Shown one piece after another: positions 10,608 through 20,929 of a DNA stretch of 64,000 nt. The notes beneath the pieces were generated by a model. The model worked only from the letters and a program-made list of their open reading frames with translations, did not search any database and was not told where the DNA came from. Source of the stretch: a bacterium (lineage in GTDB: Bacteria; Zhuqueibacterota; Zhuqueibacteria; Residuimicrobiales; Krinioviventaceae); NCBI GenBank assembly GCA_963675755.2, contig CAXXMD010000003.1:704001-768000 (forward strand). The letters run 5' to 3'. A program made the translations under genes and the position numbers. Numbering within the stretch: position 1 is the first letter of the stretch; every line of letters starts with the position of its first letter.

Positions 10608-11504
10608 TTATAATTTGGCTTTTTTTCTTATTTTATCAATAAATCCGGCATCCATCCAATACAAATCATGGTGATGCGGAGCACTGTGCCAGCGGGTAAA
10701 GAAAAAATATTTCCCATCTGGAGATATACCAGGAAACCGCTCCTGTTTATCTGAATTGACTGTATTGCCCAAATCTATCACCTTGCTCCAGTTATCCTTA
10801 TCATCTCGAAAGCAGATATACAGATCTCCATATTCATCTTTACTGCCTGGACGATTGGATGCGAAAAGCAGAAAAGATTCATCCGGAGCGATAAAAGGAC
10901 AAACATTACGATACCCGTTAATATTTACAGGCTCTGGTAATAGCTCTGCGGTAGAATACTCGCCATTTACACATTCAGACCGGCAGATACCCACTTTATC
11001 ACCCACTCTACCCAGAAAATAAAGTGTGCCGTCTTGCGTTTGCGAAGGAGTCCAAAATCCATGTCGACTATCTACCAATTCCGGTTTGCCCCACCCATTT
11101 CCTGAGCGTTCCGTGCGCCAAATAGCTAGATTTGTGTTCAGGGTATCACCAACCCATTTGGGTCGTTTTGAGGCAAAGTACAAAAATTTTCCATCAACCG
11201 ATATAAATGGCTGATCATCATGAAAATCTCCCGCAAAGGGAACCATCATGGGCTCTGTCCAGTGATTGCCATCGTATCGTGTGAATAGGATTTTCCGAAA
11301 CGCTTCGGGCTCACTGGTAACCGACCAATACATTTCTTTTCCATCAGCACGAAATGTGGGAGCACTATGCGCATGGTGGTTGATAAATTCAGGAGCGAAC
11401 AATTGCGGCGATTGTCCGGGCAGGGGCTGCCCAAGATATCTCCAGTTATCATTTGAACAGCCTGCAAGGAACAAAAGAATGTATAAAATATATCTTAATT
11501 TCAT
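10608..11504 (-). CDS. PD40/TolB-like beta-propeller lipoprotein
   Basis: Lipobox LAGC; YLGQPLPG..PQLFAP; repeated PxxSxDGKxLYF blades. Confidence 0.85.
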   Translation of the reverse strand: MKLRYILYILLFLAGCSNDNWRYLGQPLPGQSPQLFAPEFINHHAHSAPTFRADGKEMYWSVTSEPEAFRKILFTRYDGNHWTEPMMVPFAGDFHDDQPFISVDGKFLYFASKRPKWVGDTLNTNLAIWRTERSGNGWGKPELVDSRHGFWTPSQTQDGTLYFLGRVGDKVGICRSECVNGEYSTAELLPEPVNINGYRNVCPFIAPDESFLLFASNRPGSKDEYGDLYICFRDDKDNWSKVIDLGNTVNSDKQERFPGISPDGKYFFFTRWHSAPHHHDLYWMDAGFIDKIRKKAKL

Positions 11505-11508
11505 CGAG

Positions 11509-13032
11509 CTAACCCGGTAATGAATAATGAATTTCTGCTCCGGGGCCCAGGGGAAGTCCCAAAGTCAACCAAATTACCAGTAACAGAATCCAAACAACAA
11601 GAAACACAAGCGTATAGGGAACCATTGTAGCGATTATAGTCCCAATACCCGCTTTGGGATCATATTTTTGTACATAGGCAATTATTAGCGCGAAAAAACT
11701 CATCATTGGTGATATTACATTGGTCACACTGTCACCAATGCGATAAACGACCTGAGAGAGTTCAGGAGTATAGCCCATGATCATAAACATGGGTATAAAA
11801 ACGGGTGCAAGAATGGCCCATTTTGCGGATGCACTTCCCATCAGCATATTGATAGCAGCGGATAATAAAATAAACAAAATCATCAATGGTATTAACCCGA
11901 TTTCTAGAGACATGAGAAGATTTGCACCCTTTACAGCCAGTATTACGCCCAAATTACTCCACTTGAAATATGCCACAAATTGAGCTGCAAAAAACACCAG
12001 CACTATATAAGTAGACAGTGTTTTCATGGAATCTGCCATTCCTTTTAAAACATCGGCATCGTTTTTATAAACCTTTGTCGTTACACCATAAGCAATTCCC
12101 ATAGAACCCGCAGTAATAAACAGCATGGCAACCACTCCTTTGATTAGAGGCGAGCTAAGCAAGCCCCCATCACTGCCTCTGAAAAAGCCATTTGCAGGAA
12201 TAATACCCAAAAGGGTGATGATGAAAATGACAAGAAAAGCCAAAAATGCCATCAACAATCCCTTTTTCTCCATTTCGGACAATGCATCAAATGATTTTTC
12301 ATCAAGCTTGCCGCTGTAACTCCCGAGCCGGGGCTCTACAATTTTTTCGGTTACCAATGTGCCTGCAAAAGCAACAAAAAAAGTAGACACAAACATAAAA
12401 TAATAATTCGCAGTAGGATTCACCTCGTAACCGGGCACCAAAATTCTTGCAGCTTCCTGCGACAAACCCGCCAGCAAAGGATCAACCGTTCCCAAAACAA
12501 GATTGGCACTAAAACCACCGGAAACACCCGCAAAAGCAGCAGCCATTCCCGCAATGGGGTGTCTGCCCACAGCAATAAATATTACACCCGCAAGGGGAAT
12601 CAAAAGCACGTACCCCACATCCGAAGCTACATTAGACAAAACACCGGTAAAAACAAGCACAAAGGTCAATAAATGCCGGGGTGAGTTGAGAACCAGCATT
12701 CGTATTACCGCATTGATAAAACCACTCTGTTCCGCAATTCCAATCCCAAGCATAGCCACAAGGACTATTCCAAGGGGAGCGAATGAAGTGAAATTTTCTA
12801 CCATATCAAGCAGTATACGATGGATACCGTCATGAGAAAGAAGGTTCACAGGTTTTACTATTTCTTGCGTACCAGGATGAACAGCCTGCCAACCCAGCAC
12901 ATGGCCGAGTGCAGAAAATAAAAGTACCGTTATAGCAAATAAAGCAAACAAGGTTGCCGGATGCGGCAGCGCGTTTCCTGCTCTTTCTGTCCAATTTAAT
13001 AGATTTTGAAAAATCCCCTTTTTACTTTTCAT
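11509..13032 (-). CDS. abgT: AbgT family transporter (p-aminobenzoyl-glutamate / MtrF-YdaH-like)
   Basis: ERAGNALPHP, NFTSFAPLG, GRHPIAG..AGVSGGFSANL, YRIGDSVTN, LGLPLGPG. Confidence 0.93.
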   Translation of the reverse strand: MKSKKGIFQNLLNWTERAGNALPHPATLFALFAITVLLFSALGHVLGWQAVHPGTQEIVKPVNLLSHDGIHRILLDMVENFTSFAPLGIVLVAMLGIGIAEQSGFINAVIRMLVLNSPRHLLTFVLVFTGVLSNVASDVGYVLLIPLAGVIFIAVGRHPIAGMAAAFAGVSGGFSANLVLGTVDPLLAGLSQEAARILVPGYEVNPTANYYFMFVSTFFVAFAGTLVTEKIVEPRLGSYSGKLDEKSFDALSEMEKKGLLMAFLAFLVIFIITLLGIIPANGFFRGSDGGLLSSPLIKGVVAMLFITAGSMGIAYGVTTKVYKNDADVLKGMADSMKTLSTYIVLVFFAAQFVAYFKWSNLGVILAVKGANLLMSLEIGLIPLMILFILLSAAINMLMGSASAKWAILAPVFIPMFMIMGYTPELSQVVYRIGDSVTNVISPMMSFFALIIAYVQKYDPKAGIGTIIATMVPYTLVFLVVWILLLVIWLTLGLPLGPGAEIHYSLPG

Positions 13033-13155
13033 ATATAACCATTTCGCTATTCTGGTTCTATTTTATATTTATTCAATAGTACAAATAATAAACTTGAAAT
13101 TCAACTGCTACTGACAGCAATTAGACCATATTTCACGATTCTATTCAGTTTTTAC

Positions 13156-13184
13156 TTGCAAATATATTTCATGCATTGTATACT
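13156..13184 (+). promoter_or_regulatory. Putative sigma70 promoter for the 13229/13731 gene pair
   Basis: TTGCAA (13156-61), 17-bp spacer, TATACT (13179-84); AGGAGG SD before ATG 13229. Confidence 0.55.
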
Positions 13185-13228
13185 ATAAAGAGGATGTTGA
13201 AAAAAAACATTCACCATAAGGAGGCTCT

Positions 13229-13612
13229 ATGGATTGCAATATTACCCTCTCCCCTGACAAAAAATACATTATCCAAAAAGTTTCTGGTGAAATAAACCGG
13301 GCAAAAGCTATGCAATTCAACCAGGAAACCCATGCATTGGGAAAAGAAAAGGGAATCGATAAATTCCTGGTGGATATGACCAAAGCACGCAATACTGATA
13401 GTGCCGTCAACAATTACCAGTTTGCATATAAAGACATGAAAGAAATGCCCGAAGATGTTAGAAATGCCCGCATCGCTACACTTGTTAGTCCGGACGACCA
13501 CTCGCACGATTTTATAGAAACTGTATCTCAAAACAGCGGTTTAAATGTAAAAATATTCCGGGACCGGGACGAAGCAATTCGGTATCTGTTTGAGGAAGAT
13601 CAACAGGAATAA
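13229..13612 (+). CDS. Small STAS/SpoIIAA-like hypothetical protein (paralogue 1)
   Basis: AGGAGG SD; pattern KFLVDM..RIATLV..HDFIETV..N.GLNVKIF.D.DEAI.YL. Confidence 0.7.
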   Translation: MDCNITLSPDKKYIIQKVSGEINRAKAMQFNQETHALGKEKGIDKFLVDMTKARNTDSAVNNYQFAYKDMKEMPEDVRNARIATLVSPDDHSHDFIETVSQNSGLNVKIFRDRDEAIRYLFEEDQQE

Positions 13613-13730
13613 AACTGACATTTACAAACATTATATATTTATATATGACTTATTTGAAATAACAAGAATAATCAAAATCATTATTTTGTTAGATTATTGT
13701 TTTTCTAAGTAACTTCCAGTTGGAGTAAAG

Positions 13731-14108
13731 ATGAATTGTACTATTTCAGTATCAAAAGATGGTAAATACATTATACAAAAAGTAGTTGGTGAAATTACCA
13801 GCGAAAAATCTATTGAATACAATATCGAATCGCACAAAAAAGGTAAAGAACTGGGAATCAATAAATACCTTGTTGATTTTACAGAAGCTAAAAATATAGA
13901 CTCTGTTTTTAAAAATTATCAGTTTGCATACACACTGATGCGGGATATCCCGGAAATAGATCAGTCGGCACTGGTTGCAACCGTATTAAAACCGGGAGAT
14001 CGCTCGCATGATTTTATGAAAGTGTTAATTCAAAACAGTGGTTTAAATGGTCAACTCTTTACAGATATAGAACAGGCCATAGAATTTCTTGAAAATAACG
14101 ATGCTTAG
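13731..14108 (+). CDS. Small STAS/SpoIIAA-like hypothetical protein (paralogue 2)
   Basis: Colinear with 13229-13612 (KYIIQKV.GEI, NYQFAY, SHDF, QNSGLN); GGAG SD. Confidence 0.7.
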   Translation: MNCTISVSKDGKYIIQKVVGEITSEKSIEYNIESHKKGKELGINKYLVDFTEAKNIDSVFKNYQFAYTLMRDIPEIDQSALVATVLKPGDRSHDFMKVLIQNSGLNGQLFTDIEQAIEFLENNDA

Positions 14109-14133
14109 GGGCGAACCGTCTTTCCAAAACAAC

Positions 14134-15165
14134 CTATTGATTCCTTTCAAACCAATTTTTCGCATTTCCTGTAAATTCAATACCATCTAAATAACGCTGC
14201 CGATGTTCTTCAATGGTCGGCATCCAAATGGTTTGCAAAAATCCCATCAATTTATCTGATTTTATTTTCTCACTGCAATACTTTACCGTGTTTTCAATGC
14301 TTTTGGGATTGTTTGTATGATAACTGCCGGTGGGTATCTGATCATAACCCTTTTCTTCCAACTGTTCATACGCTTTTACACCTCGATTGGAAGTGTCAAT
14401 CTCTTCACTATAGTACCAGTTACTCTGTACTACGGATTTTGGCATCTTTTTGAAAAACACTTCCGGATGGTCCCACATGTAATCAGACCAGATCCAGGCC
14501 CTCGATCCATTTTTCTCCACTTCACCCAGCAGATAATAAAAATCCCCCCACCAGAGGTCACCCTGGCGCAAAGACACATATCGATAATGATCCTGATATT
14601 TGGCTTTTTCTTCATCCATTCCCAGATGAAAGAAGCGTGGATTATCAAACAGTTCTGTCACTTCAGCAATCAGGTTACTGCAAACTTTGTAATATTCCGG
14701 AGTAGAAACCATTCTTTCATACGGTCCCAACCAGGCATCGTGAGTGGTTGAAAAATTTAATTTGGGGATGGGTTCCAAACCCAACTTGCGGATTTTGTCC
14801 AATTCATCATATAAGCGGGTAGGGGTCCAGGCGTTCTTGACGGCAATTTCAGGATGGCTGTCATATCTGACTGCGTCTCCCAGGTCGATCAGTACCATAT
14901 TCAATCCGCTTTCAGCCATTTTACGCAACGAATCGGCCCACAAGGTTTCGCTCAACTCCAATTCGGGTCGATATCCCCGAAATGGTTTGTAAGAAGAAAT
15001 ATTGTCTTCCCACATGTTAAAACTCAGATGCAGCAGACATGCCCAGATATTTCCACGCGCAGCCTCCTGCTCTGCAAAAATCTTTCCCGCACCCAGACTG
15101 CTAACCAGACCTGCCGCGGCAAGCCCTTTGATAAAATTCCTGCGATCAACACCTGCATTTTCCAT
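14134..15165 (-). CDS. Tat-exported GH20-like TIM-barrel glycoside hydrolase
   Basis: Twin-arginine DRRNFIK; PIPKLNFSTTH; catalytic-like FHLGMDEE; IWSD. Confidence 0.7.
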   Translation of the reverse strand: MENAGVDRRNFIKGLAAAGLVSSLGAGKIFAEQEAARGNIWACLLHLSFNMWEDNISSYKPFRGYRPELELSETLWADSLRKMAESGLNMVLIDLGDAVRYDSHPEIAVKNAWTPTRLYDELDKIRKLGLEPIPKLNFSTTHDAWLGPYERMVSTPEYYKVCSNLIAEVTELFDNPRFFHLGMDEEKAKYQDHYRYVSLRQGDLWWGDFYYLLGEVEKNGSRAWIWSDYMWDHPEVFFKKMPKSVVQSNWYYSEEIDTSNRGVKAYEQLEEKGYDQIPTGSYHTNNPKSIENTVKYCSEKIKSDKLMGFLQTIWMPTIEEHRQRYLDGIEFTGNAKNWFERNQ

Positions 15166-15204
15166 TATTTTCCTCCGTTTATCAAGCTGATCCTATAATT
15201 AAGG

Positions 15205-16413
15205 TTACTTTTCAGATAAAACAAACTCCTGACCCACCGAACCATCTTTTGCCATGATAGTGCGCACCCGGATCTCGTCCGGGTCTGCATTCAACAGCCT
15301 TACTGTGCCCCGCTCAAGCTCCGGTCCACCACCGATAATAACCGGAAAAGGCGGGATCATTTCCCACTCGCCGCGGTTTTCAGTATATTTCGGATCATGA
15401 GTGACTTTGAAGGTTTGTCCTGCTTGCAGCGTTTTAAAACTGTGATCATGAGCAGCCAGTGCCAGATCCATATCCGCATTCACCAGCAGGGGCTCCCATG
15501 TCTGACGAGACGGTTCGGAATTCCATATATTTTTATTGTAAAGTGGAATGTGGCTGATAAATACCCGCCAGGGGGCATTCTCTCCCGCCTTATTTTTCAA
15601 CAGTGCCTCCAGCCATTGTGCCTGATATTGACGATACGGCATCATGACATCGTTCATTTTTTCAAAATCCTCGCCACAATCCATAACCAGAAACCAGACA
15701 GGCCCGGTGGTTAGGGTAAAATTAAAATATTGTTTACCCGTTGGCTGCGAAGCATCCAGGTAGGGCAGATCAAACAAATATGCCAAATCATGGGCAAAGG
15801 CGCCGCGGTATTCATGATTTCCACGCACAAAAAGCATGGGCTTTTCACCCGCGTTGAGCAGGTTGATATATCGGTCCAATAAATACAGAGCCTGATCAAC
15901 ACTTTTCGGATCGTTCCAACAATCGCCCAGCAAGATGCTGAAATCATAATCATTAGGGTCGCAATGTTGCATGAGCGCCTCGAGTGTTGCTACCCTGCCG
16001 TGAATATCATTAAAAATGGCAGCATTGACCGATTTTTCATCCGCTATGGGTGTACGAAACCGGCAGCTTTTTGTTGATTGGCTTTTATTTAACCGGTTAT
16101 ACCGGACCGTATATTCATACTCGGCATTTTGCAGATTTTCGAGCCTGGCTTTCCAGATGGTCCATTCTGTATCCGGAATGCGATGAGGTTCCGCTGTAAA
16201 TATACGTTCATCCTCCGAACCGGCTTTTTTTAACGCCACCAGTACCGATCCCGCATCTTTTGCCGCCAGACAGACCGTCATACCGCTCTCGCCCGGATTT
16301 TGCAGATATGGCCCAATAACCGGAGGAAGATCAGGATTGGGTTCAGCTGACAGCATGCCAACATTTACACATAATACCAAAACCACTAACACAATTACCC
16401 AAACCTTGTTCAT
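15205..16413 (-). CDS. Secreted metallophosphoesterase (purple acid phosphatase-like, FN3-like N-domain)
   Basis: Signal peptide; GPYLQ; NDIHG, LGD, RGNHE, SHIP, AHDH motifs. Confidence 0.85.
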   Translation of the reverse strand: MNKVWVIVLVVLVLCVNVGMLSAEPNPDLPPVIGPYLQNPGESGMTVCLAAKDAGSVLVALKKAGSEDERIFTAEPHRIPDTEWTIWKARLENLQNAEYEYTVRYNRLNKSQSTKSCRFRTPIADEKSVNAAIFNDIHGRVATLEALMQHCDPNDYDFSILLGDCWNDPKSVDQALYLLDRYINLLNAGEKPMLFVRGNHEYRGAFAHDLAYLFDLPYLDASQPTGKQYFNFTLTTGPVWFLVMDCGEDFEKMNDVMMPYRQYQAQWLEALLKNKAGENAPWRVFISHIPLYNKNIWNSEPSRQTWEPLLVNADMDLALAAHDHSFKTLQAGQTFKVTHDPKYTENRGEWEMIPPFPVIIGGGPELERGTVRLLNADPDEIRVRTIMAKDGSVGQEFVLSEK

Positions 16414-16534
16414 CTAGTCTTCCTTTATAAAATAGTCTTTTACTATCCTGCGTCAATCAAACCAGAAATCCCGGCCTGTAGACATAACGGCTTGTCAGAT
16501 ACAACTCAAATTTTTACTTTATGGGAATTCTTCA

Positions 16535-16558
16535 AACCCTGCCATGACTGGCAGGGTT
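16535..16558. terminator. Hairpin downstream of 16613-17770, possible terminator
   Basis: AACCCTGCCA-tgac-TGGCAGGGTT perfect 10-bp stem; weak U-tract. Confidence 0.4.
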
Positions 16559-16612
16559 ATCTATTAATTAAAGGATTCGGGGGAAATATGCAAGAGAATA
16601 AAATAATGCGGA

Positions 16613-17770
16613 TCAATATCCCATATCCGTAACTTCCCAGTAATTGCCGGTACCGCCAAAATTCTCTATGGTATTCAGCATGGTTGCATGGTTTTGCAGA
16701 GACATGTTGTTCATCATGGTCATCATGTTTTGCTGAGCATTGAAATCCCGCTGCATTTGAGCCATTTCCTGCTGAGAAGGTGTACCTCCATTATATACCT
16801 GTTGGTTTTGCGAGCCTACTGAACCCGCATAATTCTGCTGCACCTGTGCGCGCTGGTTCTGTGCCATATTTTGCCAGTTCTTTTGAACCAGGTCCCAGGC
16901 AAGACTTGCCGAGCATAGAAACTGCTTTTGTTCAAGTGGCAGTATAGTAAACTGCTGTACCAATTCTTTTGTAAACTGTTCCCGATCCGAATTTGATACG
17001 GTTTGAATTATACCGGACAACTGATTGGAAAACACAATATAATCGATCATGGCCGTTACATCTTTGTTGGTTAAAACCAGATTGTTTGCCTCATCAAAAG
17101 CCAGGACCTTTACATAGCGGTTCATCACCCGGATAAGCAGGGGTTTATCCGCTTCTTTCATGGGGAGAGTCGCTTTATAAAACTCTGCAATGAGCATCTG
17201 GCGCAAGGTCCCGATCTGTAACGGGTCCTGCAAGGACTTTATCGTTGTTAATGACTGTTGTAAACTGGTGATTTGCCGGATAAATTCCTGAGGATAGGTT
17301 TGAAATTCTTCAATAGACGATTGGGTAAGCTCTTCAACCTCGTTGGGTTTGATCTCCTGCCCAATAATGAACTGTATGATCCCAATCCCGGTTTGCACAT
17401 GACCACTGTTGAGTTGTAATCCGTTAGACTCGGCTAAAATTGTGGTTTGCTGCCGGGTTTGCAGCGGACGTTCATAAGCGATTGCATTTCCATATCCATC
17501 CATCAGGTGCAATACCGTATCACTAAATTGTGTAACCGCATATTGATACATTTGACCCAACTGGTCCTGCATGACAAGCGACTGCCCCTGTACACCCCAG
17601 GCACCGGTATAATGACCGTTGGGACCGTCAAAAACAAAAGTACCGTCCTGGTTCAGTGTCATGGTCGCATTGATTTGCGGACTGACCCAGGTACCAAAGA
17701 TATTCTGACCAAAAGTAATGGAAAACAGGAGCAGAATGAATAAAGCTGTGGATTGCAGTTTGATGTTCAT
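16613..17770 (-). CDS. Secreted Gln-rich hypothetical protein
   Basis: 385-aa ORF; signal peptide; lipocalin-like GTW..LNQDGTF N-domain; Q/M/N-rich C-terminus. Confidence 0.75.
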   Translation of the reverse strand: MNIKLQSTALFILLLFSITFGQNIFGTWVSPQINATMTLNQDGTFVFDGPNGHYTGAWGVQGQSLVMQDQLGQMYQYAVTQFSDTVLHLMDGYGNAIAYERPLQTRQQTTILAESNGLQLNSGHVQTGIGIIQFIIGQEIKPNEVEELTQSSIEEFQTYPQEFIRQITSLQQSLTTIKSLQDPLQIGTLRQMLIAEFYKATLPMKEADKPLLIRVMNRYVKVLAFDEANNLVLTNKDVTAMIDYIVFSNQLSGIIQTVSNSDREQFTKELVQQFTILPLEQKQFLCSASLAWDLVQKNWQNMAQNQRAQVQQNYAGSVGSQNQQVYNGGTPSQQEMAQMQRDFNAQQNMMTMMNNMSLQNHATMLNTIENFGGTGNYWEVTDMGY

Positions 17771-17860
17771 GTCTCTGTCCTTGATTTTAACATCATGTTT
17801 TTATGAGGTTAATCAAGGTTGCAAACATGATACCAGTACCTTCAGCATTTTTGTTAAAAA

Positions 17861-18601
17861 TCAACCTGCTAACTTGATTATGGTATAAAATTTTTCTTTA
17901 AACGTATTGATCACTGCATCTGAAGCATTTTCGAAAAAAACGATTTTATGACTTCTGATATCTTCTATTAATTTGTAATGCTTTATATCCAACCTGTTTT
18001 GATACATAATACCAATCAACTCACGTTCATAAAAAATAAGCATTACCCTCCAGTCCGGTGATGCAATGAGATCCGGTCCATGCTTTGAATATGTCAAAAA
18101 GCCATCCTCATCGAATCCTTTTTCAAAGCGGTGTTTTTCAAAATACGGTTCAAAGCTGGCTACATCTAACTTGCCATCGGAATTGTCCAGAATGGTCTGC
18201 AGATCATATTCAGCTATGCTGTCTTTATAAATATTATTTTTAAACGTATACCCCCAAATTACTACATCTGCATAGACAGAATCGGACTTCCAAAGCCCGT
18301 ATGCAAAAAACTCTGTTTTGGCCACTCCAATCTGTCCACCGTTTTCTGAATAAATGGGTGCATTGGGTTTTACCATATAATCATCACCCGGTTCTGCAAT
18401 CATATCATCATATTTAATCCGCACAAGTAAAGTAATATAATGCCAATCATTCCTGTTTTCAGAAGCTTCAACATAGGTAGAGTCATTCAATTCAAAAAGT
18501 AACTTTCCATTGGCTTTTTCCCGCACATTTGCGGGGCCATCAATCAGTTCGGCATGTAATTGAGCAGTGAGCAGAAAAACCAATACCAGATATCTTTTCA
18601 T
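17861..18601 (-). CDS. Secreted hypothetical protein (possible SH3-like N-terminus)
   Basis: Signal peptide; DGPANVREKANGKLLFEL; GGAG SD. Confidence 0.7.
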   Translation of the reverse strand: MKRYLVLVFLLTAQLHAELIDGPANVREKANGKLLFELNDSTYVEASENRNDWHYITLLVRIKYDDMIAEPGDDYMVKPNAPIYSENGGQIGVAKTEFFAYGLWKSDSVYADVVIWGYTFKNNIYKDSIAEYDLQTILDNSDGKLDVASFEPYFEKHRFEKGFDEDGFLTYSKHGPDLIASPDWRVMLIFYERELIGIMYQNRLDIKHYKLIEDIRSHKIVFFENASDAVINTFKEKFYTIIKLAG

Positions 18602-18629
18602 CAGGGAATCTCCATAAACATTTTAAATA

Positions 18630-19133
18630 TTACTCTGCCAGCCAATCTTCTTTTATCAGATCATCAATCTTAAGCGTTTCACCATATTGCTTTTCATAGT
18701 GTTCCAGAATATCCGGTCTGATCTTTTCCACCATCTTTGCCAGGTGTAATTCAAGAAACGGAAACGATTCCAATTGGAAATCCAATACCATTTCCCCGTT
18801 TTCAGCATAGAGAACCAGCTTTTCCAATTTCTCCCTGTATTTTACACCTGTAATCTGGTCCCAGGTCAGGATTTCATCCGGTTTATAAGGATAAAATTTT
18901 GATATGGAATTATTGTCTGCTGTAACTTTATAATTCAGAAACCTGGTTTCGTAAAGGACATATAGCGAGTAACCGCAAAGAATGAATCCCAGCCCTATTA
19001 CACCAAATAAACTTTCAGGACCAATCGGTGTATGAAAGGGGATTATTATCATTGCAATCCCAGCCAGGACCAAGAAAATACCTGTTATTATGGTTTTCAC
19101 TCTTTCTTTTTTGGGAACAATAAATTCTTTCAT
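18630..19133 (-). CDS. Membrane hypothetical protein (2 TM plus PH-like tail)
   Basis: Two hydrophobic helices followed by LTWDQITGV; AAGGA SD. Confidence 0.7.
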   Translation of the reverse strand: MKEFIVPKKERVKTIITGIFLVLAGIAMIIIPFHTPIGPESLFGVIGLGFILCGYSLYVLYETRFLNYKVTADNNSISKFYPYKPDEILTWDQITGVKYREKLEKLVLYAENGEMVLDFQLESFPFLELHLAKMVEKIRPDILEHYEKQYGETLKIDDLIKEDWLAE

Positions 19134-19279
19134 GTCATTTTCCTTTTTTAATTTTTTACATAGAATAAATGCTCAGCCTGAATACCAGAGGTATGGGAAC
19201 ACGAGCCTTTGTATTATAGTTGTTAATCTCATTTTTACATTCCAAAACAGTTATAACCAGACCATAAAAAACTTGGCAA

Positions 19280-19927
19280 TCAAACAAAGTTTGGGTAATA
19301 TTTCATCAGTAAAAAAAAAGGCGCACGGGCCAGTTGACGGTACCAGGTAAATTCGACAGACGGATTGTATAGACTTACCCGGTATATGTCTGGTATTTTT
19401 TTCCTTATCAACTCGTCATCATGATAATAATCTCTATATTCCCAATATTCAATAATCATTGCCATCTTTGAATTAATAGTATAATATTCTGTACTGTCTT
19501 TAGCAAGAAAAGAAGAATATTTACTTACTCTAACAGAATCCGGTTGTATGTTGATCAATGATTTTAATTTGACTATAAATCCCGAATCCGCTTCAATATT
19601 CATCATTGGGACATATGGATAAAATTTAAAATCTGTCATCATTTCCACTTTCATAGTGTCTGTGATGGTTTGGTCCAGAATATGTAGATTATATAAATCC
19701 TTTTTGCTCCAACCCCAGTAATGGTCAAAATTAAAATAATATCCCCTTTTTTCAAAGTAGCTTTTATCGACAAAATCCGGCAGGTCCGGTCGAATATCAT
19801 TGCCAGATATGCTGTAAGAAAAATGAAACCATCTGAAATAGACAAAATAACAAATAAACAATATAGAAAATATGTACAGCAAATACTTTTTCATAGGCTT
19901 ACCCGCAAAGATTTGAAACATGATCAA
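19280..19927 (-). CDS. Hypothetical protein (start probably MKKYLL at ~19894)
   Basis: 215-aa AT-rich ORF with an N-terminal hydrophobic segment, co-oriented with neighbours. Confidence 0.55.
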   Translation of the reverse strand: MIMFQIFAGKPMKKYLLYIFSILFICYFVYFRWFHFSYSISGNDIRPDLPDFVDKSYFEKRGYYFNFDHYWGWSKKDLYNLHILDQTITDTMKVEMMTDFKFYPYVPMMNIEADSGFIVKLKSLINIQPDSVRVSKYSSFLAKDSTEYYTINSKMAMIIEYWEYRDYYHDDELIRKKIPDIYRVSLYNPSVEFTWYRQLARAPFFLLMKYYPNFV

Positions 19928-19958
19928 TTATGTTCATTTGCCTCATTCAAATTAATAA

Positions 19959-20867
19959 TCAATCCAAATACCGCACATCAGCCAGCATGCGCGGGGGTAC
20001 TTTTTTAAACGAGTATTTGGGGTATCCCAGCGTTACGCTGGCATAGACATTCCGGCCCGGATCGAGCCCCAGCAGTTGCCGGATCTCCGGCATGCGGTTA
20101 CAGACCGGGGGAACCAGATCGTTAAAGCAAGTACCTATACCCAGTGTCTGCGCCATCATGATGACATGAAAAGCCGCAATCAGACAGTTCTCTGCGCCAA
20201 CCGGTTCATGTTTGGGTGCATGGAACAGCATGATTGCCGGACTGTCACGCAAGATCTCGTTGCTTTTGCCCTCCCGGTACCATTTGATATACCAGTGCAT
20301 GCCCGGCAGCACAAAATCTTTTAATGTACTGTATTTTTCTATACCAACTTTTCGTTTTATAAAAAACCGGGCGACAGGATTTTTAAACGCTTTGATCAAT
20401 CCCTCATACATATCATAACTCAATTCAGAAAGCCGGGCAAGCTTTTCGGGATCATCGACAATAATCACTCCCGTAGTGGTGCTTCCTGATCCGGTTGGAG
20501 CGGTTTGTGCCGCATCCACCAGTTTGTTAATAATCTCGCGCGGCACCCGCTTGTCTTTGTACTTTCGCACTGAACGTCTTTGCTTCATCAACGTTAGCAA
20601 TGAATTACTGTCCACGTCCATTGTTCGAAGCGGTTCATAATCATCAGCAAACATCCCGTTCAGAGAAATAGCGTTATTAGGACAAACGGCAACGCAATGT
20701 CCGCACTCCATGCACAAATGTATACGCTCCGGTGAAATTTGGGTATATTTTTCATCTTTTTGTTTTACAATTTCCGGTATATGGCGTGGGCAAATTTGTC
20801 CGCATATACCGCAAGCAATACACAAGGTTTTATCGATTTGAACGTTGTACATAACGCCTCCAAACAA
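19959..20867 (-). CDS. Nitroreductase family protein with N-terminal 2x[4Fe-4S] ferredoxin domain
   Basis: CIACGICGQICP and CMECGHCVAVCP; RRSVRKY; APTG; LGIGTC; LGYP. Confidence 0.92.
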   Translation of the reverse strand: MFGGVMYNVQIDKTLCIACGICGQICPRHIPEIVKQKDEKYTQISPERIHLCMECGHCVAVCPNNAISLNGMFADDYEPLRTMDVDSNSLLTLMKQRRSVRKYKDKRVPREIINKLVDAAQTAPTGSGSTTTGVIIVDDPEKLARLSELSYDMYEGLIKAFKNPVARFFIKRKVGIEKYSTLKDFVLPGMHWYIKWYREGKSNEILRDSPAIMLFHAPKHEPVGAENCLIAAFHVIMMAQTLGIGTCFNDLVPPVCNRMPEIRQLLGLDPGRNVYASVTLGYPKYSFKKVPPRMLADVRYLD

Positions 20868-20929
20868 CGGATTAAAAAGATTTTTACAAATAGAATCCCA
20901 AGATCAATTATCTAAACAATCCTGGGTTT

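Noticed and set aside
7776-11504. Diversity-generating retroelement template/variable repeat pair
   Set aside because: Mismatches between the copies are not adenine-specific and no reverse transcriptase is present; ordinary paralogy fits better.
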